32,000 bases of DNA, from the NCBI GenBank assembly GCA_964401865.1, contig CAYNZZ010000002.1, forward strand, positions 60,001-92,000, given 5' to 3'. Within the stretch, counting starts at the first letter, position 1; each line of letters begins with the position of its first letter. Position numbers and translations under genes: made by a program. The DNA is from an uncultured Erysipelotrichaceae bacterium (GTDB lineage Bacteria > Bacillota_I > Bacilli_A > Erysipelotrichales > Erysipelotrichaceae). The notes beneath the pieces were generated by a model. That model made no database searches. It had not been told where the DNA came from and saw only the letters and a list, made by a program, of their open reading frames with translations. This document shows positions 16,849-26,838 of the stretch, one piece after another.

Positions 16849-16873
16849 CTGTAACTAACAATAAACTAACAAA
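16849..16873. repeat. right boundary direct repeat (attR-like): CTGTAACTAACAATAAACTAACAAA
   Basis: Matches 9844-9867 with one extra A. It lies 48 nt upstream of the rlmN ATG. Confidence 0.75.
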
Positions 16874-16921
16874 AAGTTCACTTTATGCCCTAAATAAAAG
16901 AAAATAATATATAATGAAAGA

Positions 16922-17956
16922 ATGAAAAAAAATATCTACGATTATAGTTTTGAAGATTTAGAAAACTACTTATTAGAAAACGGAAGTAAGAAGTTTCATG
17001 CTAAGCAGATTTTTAAGTGGCTATATGAAAAAAGAGTAAAAGATTTTACTTCAATGAGCGACTTATCAAAAAAGTTGCAAGAATTGCTCATAAGCGATTT
17101 CGATATACCTAGTTTAGAAGTAGCTGCTAAACAGGTGTCACGCGATGGAACTACAAAATACTTGTTTAAGCTTAGCGATGGTGCGCTAATCGAAAGTGTG
17201 TTAATGATTTTTGATTACGGAAATAGTGCATGTCTTTCTACTCAGGTTGGATGTAATATGGGTTGTACTTTTTGTGCGAGTGGACTTTTAAAAAAACAGA
17301 GAAACTTGACAGTTGGAGAAATAGTTTTACAAGTTTTAGAGATCCAAATGTATCTCGATGAAAAAGATGAACGTCTAGGAAATTTGGTTTTAATGGGTAC
17401 TGGAGAGCCCTTTGATAATTATGAAAATGTCATGAAAGCTTTGAGCATCATTAATCATCCATATGCTTTAGAAATCGGTGCAAGACATATTTCTATCTCG
17501 ACTTGTGGTTTAGTACCGATGATTTATCGTTTTGCTGACGAAGATGTGCAATACAATCTGGCCATTTCTTTACATGCTTCAAATAATGAACTCAGATCTA
17601 AACTTATGCCCGTGGCAAGAGCTTATAGTTTAGAAGAACTATTTAAAGCATTAAAATATTATAGTGATAAAAACAATCGTCGTTTAACTTTTGAATATTT
17701 ATTGCTTAAGGATATAAATGACAAATCATCTAATGCTGATGAATTAAAAGAACTGTTAAGTGGTTTAAATGCATATATCAATCTAATACCTTATAACAGC
17801 GTTAAAGAGAATGATTATACATCTTCCAGCGAGAAGGCGACCTTGGAATTTTACGATATGCTTAAAAAAAGAGGAGTAGCTGTTACTTTGCGACAGAAAA
17901 AAGGCGATGATATCGATGCTGCTTGTGGACAATTGAGAGCGAATTATAAAGGATAG
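16922..17956 (+). CDS. rlmN: 23S rRNA/tRNA adenine-C2 methyltransferase RlmN (radical SAM)
   Basis: Radical-SAM Cys triad GCNMGCTFCASG and the C-terminal catalytic Cys context DDIDAACGQL. 344 aa. Confidence 0.93.
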   Translation: MKKNIYDYSFEDLENYLLENGSKKFHAKQIFKWLYEKRVKDFTSMSDLSKKLQELLISDFDIPSLEVAAKQVSRDGTTKYLFKLSDGALIESVLMIFDYGNSACLSTQVGCNMGCTFCASGLLKKQRNLTVGEIVLQVLEIQMYLDEKDERLGNLVLMGTGEPFDNYENVMKALSIINHPYALEIGARHISISTCGLVPMIYRFADEDVQYNLAISLHASNNELRSKLMPVARAYSLEELFKALKYYSDKNNRRLTFEYLLLKDINDKSSNADELKELLSGLNAYINLIPYNSVKENDYTSSSEKATLEFYDMLKKRGVAVTLRQKKGDDIDAACGQLRANYKG

Positions 17957-17957
17957 T

Positions 17958-18683
17958 ATGGAATTTTTCAGTTTGACCGATATCGGATTAGTGAGAGAAA
18001 AAAACCAAGATAGTTATATGACAATTTATAATTCATATGATGATTTTTTTGCGCTTGTTTGTGACGGCATCGGTGGAAATAAAGCTGGAGAAGTCGCTTC
18101 GGGTGAAATGGTTAAATTCATGTCAAATGCTTTTGTGTCAAGTGGACCTTTTGAATGTGAAGACAACGTTAAGAAATTTTTATTTCACACACTCAAACAG
18201 GCTAATCGTCATATTTATGAATTGTCTAAAAACAATTATGAATATAAAGGCATGGGTACAACTGCTACAGGGGTGTTGATTACCAAATTTGGTGTATATT
18301 CAATTAATATAGGCGATAGTCGAGTTTATGGACACAAAAATCATAAATTGTTTAGACTTACTGAAGATCATACATTAGTTAATGAAATGATCAAAAATGG
18401 TGAAATAACCTATGAAGAAAGTCTGACTCATAAAAAAAGGCACTACCTGATGAAAGCGATGGGCATTTGGGATGAAGTTACACCTGACGTATTTAAAGTG
18501 CCGGCAATGGAACATTATTTGATTTGTAGTGACGGTTTACATTCATACGTGAGCGAAGATATAATACTTAAAATAATTGATAATGAAAATTTAAGTATAT
18601 TAGATAAAACTAAAGAATTGATGCAAGCTGCTTTGTTTAGCGGTGGCTATGATAATATAACTATTGTATTGGTGAAGAGATAA
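17958..18683 (+). CDS. prpC: PP2C-family Ser/Thr protein phosphatase
   Basis: PP2C motifs REKNQDS, VCDGIGG, GDSRVY, CSDGL, GGYDNITIV. Directly upstream of the PASTA kinase, as in B. subtilis prpC-prkC. Confidence 0.92.
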   Translation: MEFFSLTDIGLVREKNQDSYMTIYNSYDDFFALVCDGIGGNKAGEVASGEMVKFMSNAFVSSGPFECEDNVKKFLFHTLKQANRHIYELSKNNYEYKGMGTTATGVLITKFGVYSINIGDSRVYGHKNHKLFRLTEDHTLVNEMIKNGEITYEESLTHKKRHYLMKAMGIWDEVTPDVFKVPAMEHYLICSDGLHSYVSEDIILKIIDNENLSILDKTKELMQAALFSGGYDNITIVLVKR

Positions 18684-18684
18684 T

Positions 18685-20364
18685 ATGTCAGAATATATTG
18701 GAAAAAGATATCGAATTATTAAAAATATTGGTAAGGGTGGAATGGCTGATGTTTATTTAGCTTTGGACACAATTTTAAATCGTGAAGTAGCAATCAAAGT
18801 ACTTAAGGGAGAATTATCTAGTGATCCTATCTCTTTAGAACGCTTTAAAAGAGAAGCTCATGCGACTACATGTCTTTCTCATCCTAACATCGTGGATATA
18901 TATGATGTAGGTGAAGATGATGGACGCCATTATATCGTCATGGAATATATAAAAGGATATACTCTTAAACAGTTAATCAAAAAAAGAGGTGCCTTACCAT
19001 ATAAGGAAGCGGTATGGTTGATGAAACAACTATCTGGGGCTTTGATGGAAGCTCATAGAAACGGGATTATTCATCGAGATATTAAATCGCAGAACATCTT
19101 GATTAAAGCTGATGGAACGATTAAAATTACTGATTTTGGTATTGCCTTAGCTCATGATGCCATTCAGATAACATCTAAAGATTCTATACTTGGTTCAGTT
19201 CATTATCTTGCACCTGAACTCACAAAGGGTGGGCAAGCTAATATGCAAAGCGATATTTATTCTTTGGGAATAGTTTTTTTTGAAATGCTTACTGGTGATG
19301 TTCCTTTTAAAGGTGATCAAGCTATACAAGTAGCTCTAAAGCATATCAAAGATGAAATACCGTCAGTTAGACTGTATAATGATAAAATACCTCAATCAGT
19401 TGAAAATATTGTTTTAAAATCGACAGCTAAAGATTTGAATCAGAGATACGAAAATGTCGCTTTAATGTTGCAAGATTTGAATAAATGTTTAAGTAAAGAA
19501 CATCTTGATGATAAAAAGATTGTATTAAATAAAGTCAATGATGAAGAGTTTTTATCTAAAGTGAAAGTTATGATTAGCGGTGAGGCGAAAAATAATAATA
19601 AAAAAGTTAAAAAGGAATTATCTAACGCTATATCAATTAGTTATATTATCATTGGCGTATTGATTAGTATTATTTTAATCATCGGCATCTTATTTATGAG
19701 TGGTGTAATTGGGCAGACAAGTAGTTTTGTTACTATACCTGATATAACTAATTTATCAATAATTGAGGCAAATGACATGTTGGCTGATTATTCGATTTCT
19801 ATTGATTTAAGTAACATTGAAAGAGTTATGACTGACGATATTGAGGAGGGTAAAATAATTGATTATTCCCCAAAAGGCAGTGAAATAGAAAAAGGTAGTA
19901 AAATTCATGTTACTGTTTCAAGTGGAAAATATGAAATAATGGAAAATTACTATCTTAAAGATGTTAATGAAGCATATGATGAGCTTCGGGCTAAAAAATT
20001 TGATGTTGATTTAAAACAAATGGAAAGTGATTTAAAACCAGGAACAGTTATAAAACAAGAGGGTTTAGTATATGGGGATAAATATAATCCTAATGTGGTC
20101 AATAAAGTGACTTTATATTATAGCGAATATCCTTCTATATTTTTGTCTTTTGACTTAAAAGGAAGAGATATTAATGATGTTAAGCACGAATTAGAAGAAG
20201 AGGGAATGAAAGTTGAACTAATAGAAATATCAACTAGTTCTATGACTGCAACTGAACTAGAGAAATATCCACCAATGACAGTTGTACGCATGACACCAGA
20301 AGCTGGAACGATGTACACACAAGAAAACGACAATACTATCAAATTGTATTATTATATCCAATGA
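18685..20364 (+). CDS. prkC: Ser/Thr protein kinase with PASTA repeats
   Basis: Hanks kinase motifs GKGGMADVY, VAIK, HRDIKSQNIL, DFG and APE. One TM helix (ISISYIIIGVLISIILIIGILFM) and three PASTA-like extracellular repeats. Confidence 0.92.
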   Translation: MSEYIGKRYRIIKNIGKGGMADVYLALDTILNREVAIKVLKGELSSDPISLERFKREAHATTCLSHPNIVDIYDVGEDDGRHYIVMEYIKGYTLKQLIKKRGALPYKEAVWLMKQLSGALMEAHRNGIIHRDIKSQNILIKADGTIKITDFGIALAHDAIQITSKDSILGSVHYLAPELTKGGQANMQSDIYSLGIVFFEMLTGDVPFKGDQAIQVALKHIKDEIPSVRLYNDKIPQSVENIVLKSTAKDLNQRYENVALMLQDLNKCLSKEHLDDKKIVLNKVNDEEFLSKVKVMISGEAKNNNKKVKKELSNAISISYIIIGVLISIILIIGILFMSGVIGQTSSFVTIPDITNLSIIEANDMLADYSISIDLSNIERVMTDDIEEGKIIDYSPKGSEIEKGSKIHVTVSSGKYEIMENYYLKDVNEAYDELRAKKFDVDLKQMESDLKPGTVIKQEGLVYGDKYNPNVVNKVTLYYSEYPSIFLSFDLKGRDINDVKHELEEEGMKVELIEISTSSMTATELEKYPPMTVVRMTPEAGTMYTQENDNTIKLYYYIQ

Positions 20365-21239
20365 GAGCAACTATAATTAAAATAATTTCCAATCAATATA
20401 CGGTTATCTTAGATGATAACAGTGTTCAAATTGCATATTTAACCGGAAAGATGCGTTTAAAAGGGCGTCTTTTTGTAGGTGATCATGTCGATGTTGAAAT
20501 AAATGAAGGAAAGTATGGCATTGTTGATGTATATCAAAGAATAAATTGCTTAAAACGTCCTTTTGTTGCCAATGTTGATAAAGCTTATATTTTGATGAGC
20601 TATGAAAATCCAAAGTTTTCTTTTGAATTGGTAAATAGACTGGCTATCATAATTGAATATTGTAATGTTAAACCGGTGATTGTCGTAACTAAATCAGACT
20701 TAGGAACTGGGGAACGTTTAAATAGAATCAAGAGTTATTATGAATTGTTGGGGTATGAAGTATATTTTTCATATAAAGACACATTGAATAATGATTTATT
20801 GGCATCACTTAAAAACTGCATTTCAGTATTATGCGGTCAAAGTGGCGTAGGTAAAAGCAGCATCTTAAATACATTTAATCCTGATTTTAATTTAAAAACC
20901 GATGAGATTTCTAAGGCTTTAGGGCGAGGGAAACATACAACCAGACATGTTGAATTGTTTAATATCAATGATGGTTTAATCGCTGACACACCAGGTTTTT
21001 CATCAATTGATTTAAGAGATATAGACATTAATTATTTAAAGGATAAGATTTCATCATTTGTAAAAAATGGTGAATGTTATTACCGCGATTGCATGCATAT
21101 TGATGAACCAAACTGTGGTGTTAAAAAAGCAATTGACGACGGATTGATTCCTGTTTCCTTTTATGAGACATATGTTGATATAATAAAGATGATTAAAAGT
21201 GGAAATTACTCTTTTAACAATCATAGAAGATTAAAGTAG
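20361..21239 (+). CDS. rsgA: ribosome small-subunit biogenesis GTPase RsgA
   Basis: Circularly permuted GTPase (TKSDL before GQSGVGKSS), DTPGF, and a C-terminal zinc knuckle CYYRDCMHIDEPNC. ATGA overlap with prkC. Confidence 0.92.
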   Translation: MRATIIKIISNQYTVILDDNSVQIAYLTGKMRLKGRLFVGDHVDVEINEGKYGIVDVYQRINCLKRPFVANVDKAYILMSYENPKFSFELVNRLAIIIEYCNVKPVIVVTKSDLGTGERLNRIKSYYELLGYEVYFSYKDTLNNDLLASLKNCISVLCGQSGVGKSSILNTFNPDFNLKTDEISKALGRGKHTTRHVELFNINDGLIADTPGFSSIDLRDIDINYLKDKISSFVKNGECYYRDCMHIDEPNCGVKKAIDDGLIPVSFYETYVDIIKMIKSGNYSFNNHRRLK

Positions 21240-21249
21240 GGGGGATTAT

Positions 21250-21885
21250 ATGATTATTGCACCATCAGTATTATCACTAGATTATTCAAAATTTGAAACA
21301 CAAGTAGCTATTTTAAATAATGAAGTTGAATGGTTACATTTTGATGTCATGGATGGACATTTCGTTCCTAATTTGACATTTGGACCAGATATCTTGAAAG
21401 CTTTTAAAAAAGCCAGTTCTTTATTTATGGATGTTCATATGATGGTCAGTGATCCAGCGTTTTTTTTAGAGACTTTTTATAAGGCTGGAGCCAATGCCTA
21501 CACATTTCATTATGAAGCTATCGAAAATAAAGATGATATCTTGCCACTTATTAGAGAAATAAAAAAATTAGGTTTAAAAGCAGGCATGTCAATTAAACCT
21601 AAAACAAATGTTGAAATATTGTTGCCTTATCTCAATGAACTTGACATCGTACTTGTAATGTCAGTTGAACCGGGGTTTGGTGGACAATCGTTTATTGAGA
21701 GTTCATATGATAAGATCGAGTATCTAAATAACTTGAAAAATCAATATAATTATCTTGTTGAAGTAGATGGTGGAGTTAATGATACTAATGCGCATAAATT
21801 AAAAGAAGCAGGTGTTGATGTATTGGTTGCTGGTAGTTTTGTCTTCAAAGGAGATATCGTTAGTAACATTCAGTTATTAAAATAA
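21250..21885 (+). CDS. rpe: ribulose-phosphate 3-epimerase
   Basis: HFDVMDGHFVPN, MSVEPGFGGQ and EVDGGVN motifs. GGGGGG SD. Confidence 0.93.
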   Translation: MIIAPSVLSLDYSKFETQVAILNNEVEWLHFDVMDGHFVPNLTFGPDILKAFKKASSLFMDVHMMVSDPAFFLETFYKAGANAYTFHYEAIENKDDILPLIREIKKLGLKAGMSIKPKTNVEILLPYLNELDIVLVMSVEPGFGGQSFIESSYDKIEYLNNLKNQYNYLVEVDGGVNDTNAHKLKEAGVDVLVAGSFVFKGDIVSNIQLLK

Positions 21886-21895
21886 TAGAAACATT

Positions 21896-21925
21896 AAAAA
21901 AAGACTTTATTTCAAGTCTTTTTTT
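21896..21925. terminator. bidirectional terminator between rpe and rpmB
   Basis: AAGACTT (21901-21907) / AAGTCTT (21914-21920), flanked by an A-run on one side and a T-run on the other. Confidence 0.8.
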
Positions 21926-21927
21926 AA

Positions 21928-22122
21928 CTAAGCTACTCTGCTTTTAGTTTTTAATGTTTTTAACGCACGGGCTGAAACGCGAACCTTCTTTGGTTTACCA
22001 TCAACCATAAGAGTAACATTTTGTAGGTTTACATTCCATTTACGACGTGTAGCACGAAGTGAATGTGAACGGTTATTACCTGATAGAGGTCCTTTACCTG
22101 TAATCTCGCATACTTTAGACAT
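21928..22122 (-). CDS. rpmB: 50S ribosomal protein L28
   Basis: [34 protein letters not shown]... is canonical L28. GGGGG SD. Confidence 0.95.
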   Translation of the reverse strand: MSKVCEITGKGPLSGNNRSHSLRATRRKWNVNLQNVTLMVDGKPKKVRVSARALKTLKTKSRVA

Positions 22123-22257
22123 ACGTCATGCCCCCTTTCTTAATCCTAATAGCTTTATAAATTTATCATATAAAACACGAAATTGCAAGCATTTATATGG
22201 TAAAATATTTCTGTGGTTTAATAAACCTAACTATGTTAGAATGAAAAAGGTTAAAAT

Positions 22258-23505
22258 ATGAAACAAATATATGCAGCATTAGAAATCAATAGTAAAGAAA
22301 TACGGCTTCTAATAGGGGAGTATTTTAATACTAGGATTAATATTATTAAATTGGAAAAAACTATTGTCGAAGGAATTGAGAATTATCGCATAGTAAACCA
22401 TGAAAAAGTTAAGAATTCAATTATTAAGACGATAAATGATGCCAGTAAAATGCTTGGCGCCAAGATTGAAAAAGTTATTCTTATTATTCCGCCATATAAT
22501 TTTAAACGTTATCCTTTAAAGGTTAATATCAAGACATCAAATGGTTTTATATCTAAGACAGATGCAGCACGAGCAGTGAAAAAAGCTATGCAGACTAAAG
22601 TAGATAATGATTTAACTATTATCAACGCTGTGTGTGTCAAATATACAGTTAATGGTATTTCATCAAGAAGACTTCCTGAAAAGGAGAACAGTGATGAATT
22701 ATCTGTTGATATCGATCTTCTTTGTGCGGATAAAGTTCTTACTTTCGAGTATGCGGCAATGTTGGATGATTGTGGCATTGAGATAATGGATATCTGTTTA
22801 GACCTATATGCAATATGTAAAGAAGCAGCTCTGTTTGAACAGACACTTAACCAAAATATTGTCTTGATTAAAACGGATTATGATAATACAGAATTTGCTT
22901 TATTATCTAAAGGCAAATTAGTAAATTCAGAACTTCTGTTTGATGGCTTCAATATGATTTTGAATGATGTATACGATAAATTGCATATTCCTATTTCCAC
23001 AGTGTCTAGGCTTGTAAAATTCAATACATCCTACAAGAAGGAATATATTGATGATGCGGTATATGCATGGGTTGATGAAAATGGTGGAAATATATCGGTC
23101 AATGAGAAAGAGATTAGCGAAATGGCATATCCTTCATTAAAGAAATATATTGACATTATTGCCAAAAGTTTAAGACCGATTTTAGAATCACATGATACGT
23201 CAATTGTAATTACAGGCGAAATGGCTAGTATGGAATCGTTTATTGATTTATTATCTAAAGAGTGCAATGCGAGTGTTAAAGCTTATTTTCCTGATACCAT
23301 TGGTGTTAGAGACAGTAATTTAACTGCTTTATATGGTTCTTTCTTTGTATATCGTGAAATGGCAAATATTAAGGGATTAAAAGAAAGCAGTGTTGATTTA
23401 TTGGAATTCGAAAATATTGTTGATCGAAAAATTGATGATGTCGAAGGTGAATCTTTGACCGGAAAAATTAAGAGCTTGTTTGAAATGAATAAGAGGGAGA
23501 AATAA
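22258..23505 (+). CDS. ftsA: cell division protein FtsA
   Basis: 415-aa actin/SHS2-type protein immediately upstream of ftsZ, with a typical N-terminus ([18 protein letters not shown]). Confidence 0.88.
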   Translation: MKQIYAALEINSKEIRLLIGEYFNTRINIIKLEKTIVEGIENYRIVNHEKVKNSIIKTINDASKMLGAKIEKVILIIPPYNFKRYPLKVNIKTSNGFISKTDAARAVKKAMQTKVDNDLTIINAVCVKYTVNGISSRRLPEKENSDELSVDIDLLCADKVLTFEYAAMLDDCGIEIMDICLDLYAICKEAALFEQTLNQNIVLIKTDYDNTEFALLSKGKLVNSELLFDGFNMILNDVYDKLHIPISTVSRLVKFNTSYKKEYIDDAVYAWVDENGGNISVNEKEISEMAYPSLKKYIDIIAKSLRPILESHDTSIVITGEMASMESFIDLLSKECNASVKAYFPDTIGVRDSNLTALYGSFFVYREMANIKGLKESSVDLLEFENIVDRKIDDVEGESLTGKIKSLFEMNKREK

Positions 23506-23506
23506 A

Positions 23507-24589
23507 ATGACTAACAAATTAGAATATAATCAAGTTGCGAGAATTAAAGTATTTGGTATTGGTGGCGCTGGATGTAACGCTGTGAACAGAATGGTTAATG
23601 ATGGCGTAAAAGGGGTTGAATTTTATGTATGTAATACCGATATTCAATCTTTAAATATGTCAAACTGCAAAAACAAAATTATCCTTGGTAAAGAAATGAC
23701 CAAAGGTCTTGGTGCTGGAGGTAATCCAGAAGTGGGCAAAAAAGCAGCTAGTGAATCAGAAGATGAGATTCGTAAGGCTTTAAATGGCGCTGATATGGTT
23801 TTCATTACAGCTGGTATGGGCGGTGGAACCGGTACAGGTGCTGCTCCTATTTTCGCAAAGATTGCTAAAGATCTTGGTGCTTTAACTGTGGGTATTGTTA
23901 CAAAACCATTTGATTTTGAAGGACGTAGGCGAATTGAACAAGCTAAAGTTGGACTTGAACAGTTGAAGGAACATGTAGATTCTTTGATTATTGTTTCTAA
24001 CAATCAATTATTATCAGTAATAGGTAAAATTCCTATGCAAGATTCATTCAAAGAGGCAGATAATGTGTTAAGACAAGGTGTTCAAACAATTACTGACTTA
24101 ATTGCTGTTCCTGCTTTTATCAATCTTGACTTCGCTGATATTCGCGCTGTAATGGAAGGAAAAGGTACGGCACTAATCGGTATCGGTATGGCACAGGGTG
24201 AAAATAAAGCTAAAGAAGCTGCTCAAAAAGCAATTCAATCGCCTCTTCTTGAAGCTCAGATTTCGGGTGCTAAGTCAGCAATTATCAATGTAACTGGTGG
24301 ACCTAATATTTCTATTTATGATTCTTCGGTAGCGGTTGATTACATTCGTGAAGCAGCCGGAAACGATATCGATATCATCTATGGTGTAGCCATCAATGAT
24401 GATATTGGTGAGAATATTATTGTTACTGTTATAGCCACTGGATTTGATCTTCCAAGAACCAAATATGGACAACCTACATTAAGCCAAACAAATGATACGA
24501 TTTACAAAAACGAAGATACTTTTGAGGAAGTGGTAGTTGCAAATGAACAAGAAGATACCGACATTCCTTCTTTCTTCAAGACAAGATAA
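23507..24589 (+). CDS. ftsZ: cell division GTPase FtsZ
   Basis: Tubulin signature [10 protein letters not shown], the NTD...L motif, and the C-terminal peptide [18 protein letters not shown]. Confidence 0.97.
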   Translation: MTNKLEYNQVARIKVFGIGGAGCNAVNRMVNDGVKGVEFYVCNTDIQSLNMSNCKNKIILGKEMTKGLGAGGNPEVGKKAASESEDEIRKALNGADMVFITAGMGGGTGTGAAPIFAKIAKDLGALTVGIVTKPFDFEGRRRIEQAKVGLEQLKEHVDSLIIVSNNQLLSVIGKIPMQDSFKEADNVLRQGVQTITDLIAVPAFINLDFADIRAVMEGKGTALIGIGMAQGENKAKEAAQKAIQSPLLEAQISGAKSAIINVTGGPNISIYDSSVAVDYIREAAGNDIDIIYGVAINDDIGENIIVTVIATGFDLPRTKYGQPTLSQTNDTIYKNEDTFEEVVVANEQEDTDIPSFFKTR

Positions 24590-24611
24590 GAAGCACTTAG
24601 TGCTTCTTTTT
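24590..24611 (+). terminator. terminator after ftsZ
   Basis: GAAGCAC-tta-GTGCTTC followed by TTTTT. Confidence 0.65.
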
Positions 24612-24622
24612 AAAGGAGTTAT

Positions 24623-25336
24623 ATGAAAAATAATGTAGATTTACATACACATAGTATTTTATCAAAACACGCTTATTCATCTGTAACAGAAAATATTGAT
24701 GAAGCAATTAAAAAGGATTTAAAAGTATTAGGTGTACTTGAGCATCAATATGATGAAGTAGGAGTCGGAGCACACTACTTTGCCATTGGCAATTTAGAAG
24801 TCTTGCCAAGGAAAATAGGGGATTTACATATTTTAAGAGGTGTTGAGTTAAATATTTTGGAAAATGGTAAAATAGATATCTCAAGAGTATCTATTAATAA
24901 AATGGATTATACAATTGCTTCGATGCACCGATATGTGTATTCAACTGATCATACTATTGAAGAAAATACCAACGCCTATATTGAAGCCTGCAAATTAGAT
25001 TATGTTTCGATATTAGGACATATTGATCGTAATGGTTATCCATGTGATTACAAGAAGGTCGTAGAAGCATGCGTTGATACAGGAACAATTATTGAAATGA
25101 ATAATTCTTCTTTAAATAAAGAAGGAACGGGCGCAATATACAAAAGAGATTTAGAGATTTTGAAATATTGCAAAGAATATAATTGTCCGGTAATCATCAA
25201 TTCCGATTCCCATATACGTTATGATGTTGGTAAATTTGAATTATCTTTAAAGGCTATTGATGAAGCTGAATTTCCACACCATTTAGTTCTTAACTTTAAT
25301 GAGGAATTATTTAAAAAGTATTTTAGTCTAGGCTGA
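24623..25336 (+). CDS. PHP-domain phosphatase (YcdX-like)
   Basis: VDLHTHS at the N-terminus. Colinear with my recollection of E. coli YcdX, including the metal-ligand positions (LEHQ, SMHRY, LGHIDR, EMNNSS, NSDSH). AAGGAG SD. Confidence 0.85.
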   Translation: MKNNVDLHTHSILSKHAYSSVTENIDEAIKKDLKVLGVLEHQYDEVGVGAHYFAIGNLEVLPRKIGDLHILRGVELNILENGKIDISRVSINKMDYTIASMHRYVYSTDHTIEENTNAYIEACKLDYVSILGHIDRNGYPCDYKKVVEACVDTGTIIEMNNSSLNKEGTGAIYKRDLEILKYCKEYNCPVIINSDSHIRYDVGKFELSLKAIDEAEFPHHLVLNFNEELFKKYFSLG

Positions 25337-25344
25337 TTGCTAAT

Positions 25345-25373
25345 TTGCACTTTATATAGTGTTTTGATATAAT
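25345..25373 (+). promoter_or_regulatory. strong sigma-A promoter TTGCAC-17 nt-TATAAT ahead of the CNNM gene
   Basis: TTGCAC 25345-25350, a 17-nt spacer, TATAAT 25368-25373. This leaves a ~100-nt leader before the ATG at 25477. Confidence 0.65.
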
Positions 25374-25476
25374 ATTTTCATATTTTGAAAGGATGTGTAT
25401 TTAAAAGTGGGAGAAGTTCCTATACCCAGTCACAGTTTTATTGCATTATTAATCTTCGATTTTAAGGAGATTATTT

Positions 25477-26739
25477 ATGGATAACAATACGATAATTATA
25501 CTTTTAGTTTTCTTAGTTATTTTGTCTGCTTTCTTTTCGGCTACTGAAACAGCTTTCTCGAGCGTTAATAAAGTTCGCTTAAAATATTTAGCAAATAACG
25601 GTAATAAGAAGGCAGAGAAAGTTTTGAAGTTATCTGATGACTTTACGTCTTTACTTACGACGATATTGATTGGTAATAATATTGTAAATATTTTGGCATC
25701 ATCTTTGTCGACTGTTTTGTTCATTAATCTCTTTGGCGAAAATGGTGTATCTATTTCTACATTAGCCATGACAATCATTATCTTAGTTTTTGGTGAAGTT
25801 ACTCCAAAATCAATGGCTAAAGAAATGCCTGAATCCTTTACGATGGCTGTATGTTCAATTATTTCTTTCCTAAATACTATATTTAGACCAGTTAACTTTA
25901 TCTTTGAGAAGATCAAAAATCTTGCTTCTATTCCATTTAAGAATAAAGGCGAAGACAATTCATTTATTTCTGAAGAATTCATTACTATGGTTGAAGATGC
26001 GCAAGAAGAGGGGAACATGGATGAACATGAAGCCGATTTGCTCACTAATGCTATTGAATTTAATGATTTGGATGTTCGCGATATTTTAACGCCTCGTGTT
26101 GATGTAGTTGCTGTAGATATTGATGATTACACCATGGAAGAAATAAAGAATTTATATCGTGATAATGGTTATTCGCGTTTGCCGATTTATGAAGGAAGTA
26201 TCGATAATGTGATAGGTGTCTTACATGAAAAGGATTTCTATTTCTTGTATTATACAGATTCCACAACTCCTCTAAGACAGATGATTAAGTCTGTTATATA
26301 TACAAGTCCTCATGTAAAGATATTTGCCTTATTACGACAGTTACAGAGTACTAAATCGCATATGGCCATTGTTATTGATGAGTATGGTGGTACAGCTGGT
26401 ATCATTACAATGGAAGATATTTTAGAAGAACTGGTTGGTGAAATATACGACGAACATGATAAAGTTGTTGAATATTACAAGAAGATAGATGATTATACAT
26501 ATCTTGTAAAAGGCGATTTAGATATTGATGATTTGTTTAGCCATTTTGATATCGCTATTGATGAGGAATACGACTTCAATACTACATCTGGTTGGGTAAT
26601 CAACAATATGGATAAAATTCCGGTTGTAGGTGAAAGTTTTGATTTTAAAAATATGCATATCACCGTTACTGATGCCGACAATAAAAAAGTTAACGAAATT
26701 AAGATTGAATTTGCTAAAGATAAAAAGGAAGAAAAATAA
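25477..26739 (+). CDS. CNNM/CorC-HlyC family membrane protein (DUF21 + CBS pair + CorC_HlyC domain)
   Basis: N-terminal 4-TM DUF21 region, CBS pair (DILTPRVDVVAV...VIGVLHEKD...MAIVIDEYGGTAGIITMEDILEELVGEI) and a C-terminal transporter-associated domain. AAGGAG SD. Confidence 0.9.
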   Translation: MDNNTIIILLVFLVILSAFFSATETAFSSVNKVRLKYLANNGNKKAEKVLKLSDDFTSLLTTILIGNNIVNILASSLSTVLFINLFGENGVSISTLAMTIIILVFGEVTPKSMAKEMPESFTMAVCSIISFLNTIFRPVNFIFEKIKNLASIPFKNKGEDNSFISEEFITMVEDAQEEGNMDEHEADLLTNAIEFNDLDVRDILTPRVDVVAVDIDDYTMEEIKNLYRDNGYSRLPIYEGSIDNVIGVLHEKDFYFLYYTDSTTPLRQMIKSVIYTSPHVKIFALLRQLQSTKSHMAIVIDEYGGTAGIITMEDILEELVGEIYDEHDKVVEYYKKIDDYTYLVKGDLDIDDLFSHFDIAIDEEYDFNTTSGWVINNMDKIPVVGESFDFKNMHITVTDADNKKVNEIKIEFAKDKKEEK

Positions 26740-26745
26740 TATTTG

Positions 26746-26779
26746 CTCCTTAGATCATAAACTGATTTAAGGAGTTTTT
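26746..26779 (+). terminator. terminator after the CNNM gene
   Basis: 12-bp stem ctccttagatca / tgatttaaggag (one G-U), loop taaac, then TTTTT. Confidence 0.75.
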
Positions 26780-26838
26780 AAATGGTGGGACATGTTTTAT
26801 TGCTTTTTTTAATTATTTGAATGGGATATAATGTTTGT

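Larger units (their letters stand above)
9844..16873. mobile_element. remnant of an integrated element (degraded prophage/ICE-like island) inserted between rsmB and rlmN
   Basis: Bounded by same-orientation 24/25-nt repeats. A tyrosine-recombinase 3' relic lies directly inside the left repeat. The cargo is a giant phage/ICE-type ORF plus an Abi gene. It interrupts a gene pair that is adjacent in other Bacillota. Confidence 0.75.

Noticed and set aside
23644-24003. 119-aa minus-strand ORF opposite ftsZ
   Set aside because: It is the mirror image of the Gly/Ala-rich GTP-binding region of ftsZ (hence Pro/Ala-rich), a well-known type of antisense artefact.
25374-25476. ~100-nt leader between a strong promoter and the CNNM/CorC-type gene, considered as a possible metal-sensing riboswitch
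   Set aside because: I could only draw weak AT-rich pairings (TAAAA/TTTTA, TGGG/CCCA). It is too short for an M-box, and I recognise no conserved core of a known riboswitch class. Without covariance data this is not supportable. A Rfam/Infernal scan would settle it.
25449-26045. 198-aa minus-strand ORF opposite the CNNM gene
   Set aside because: It is fully antisense to a gene with strong family signatures (DUF21/CBS/CorC_HlyC). It is Ser/Ile-rich and low-complexity, with no SD.
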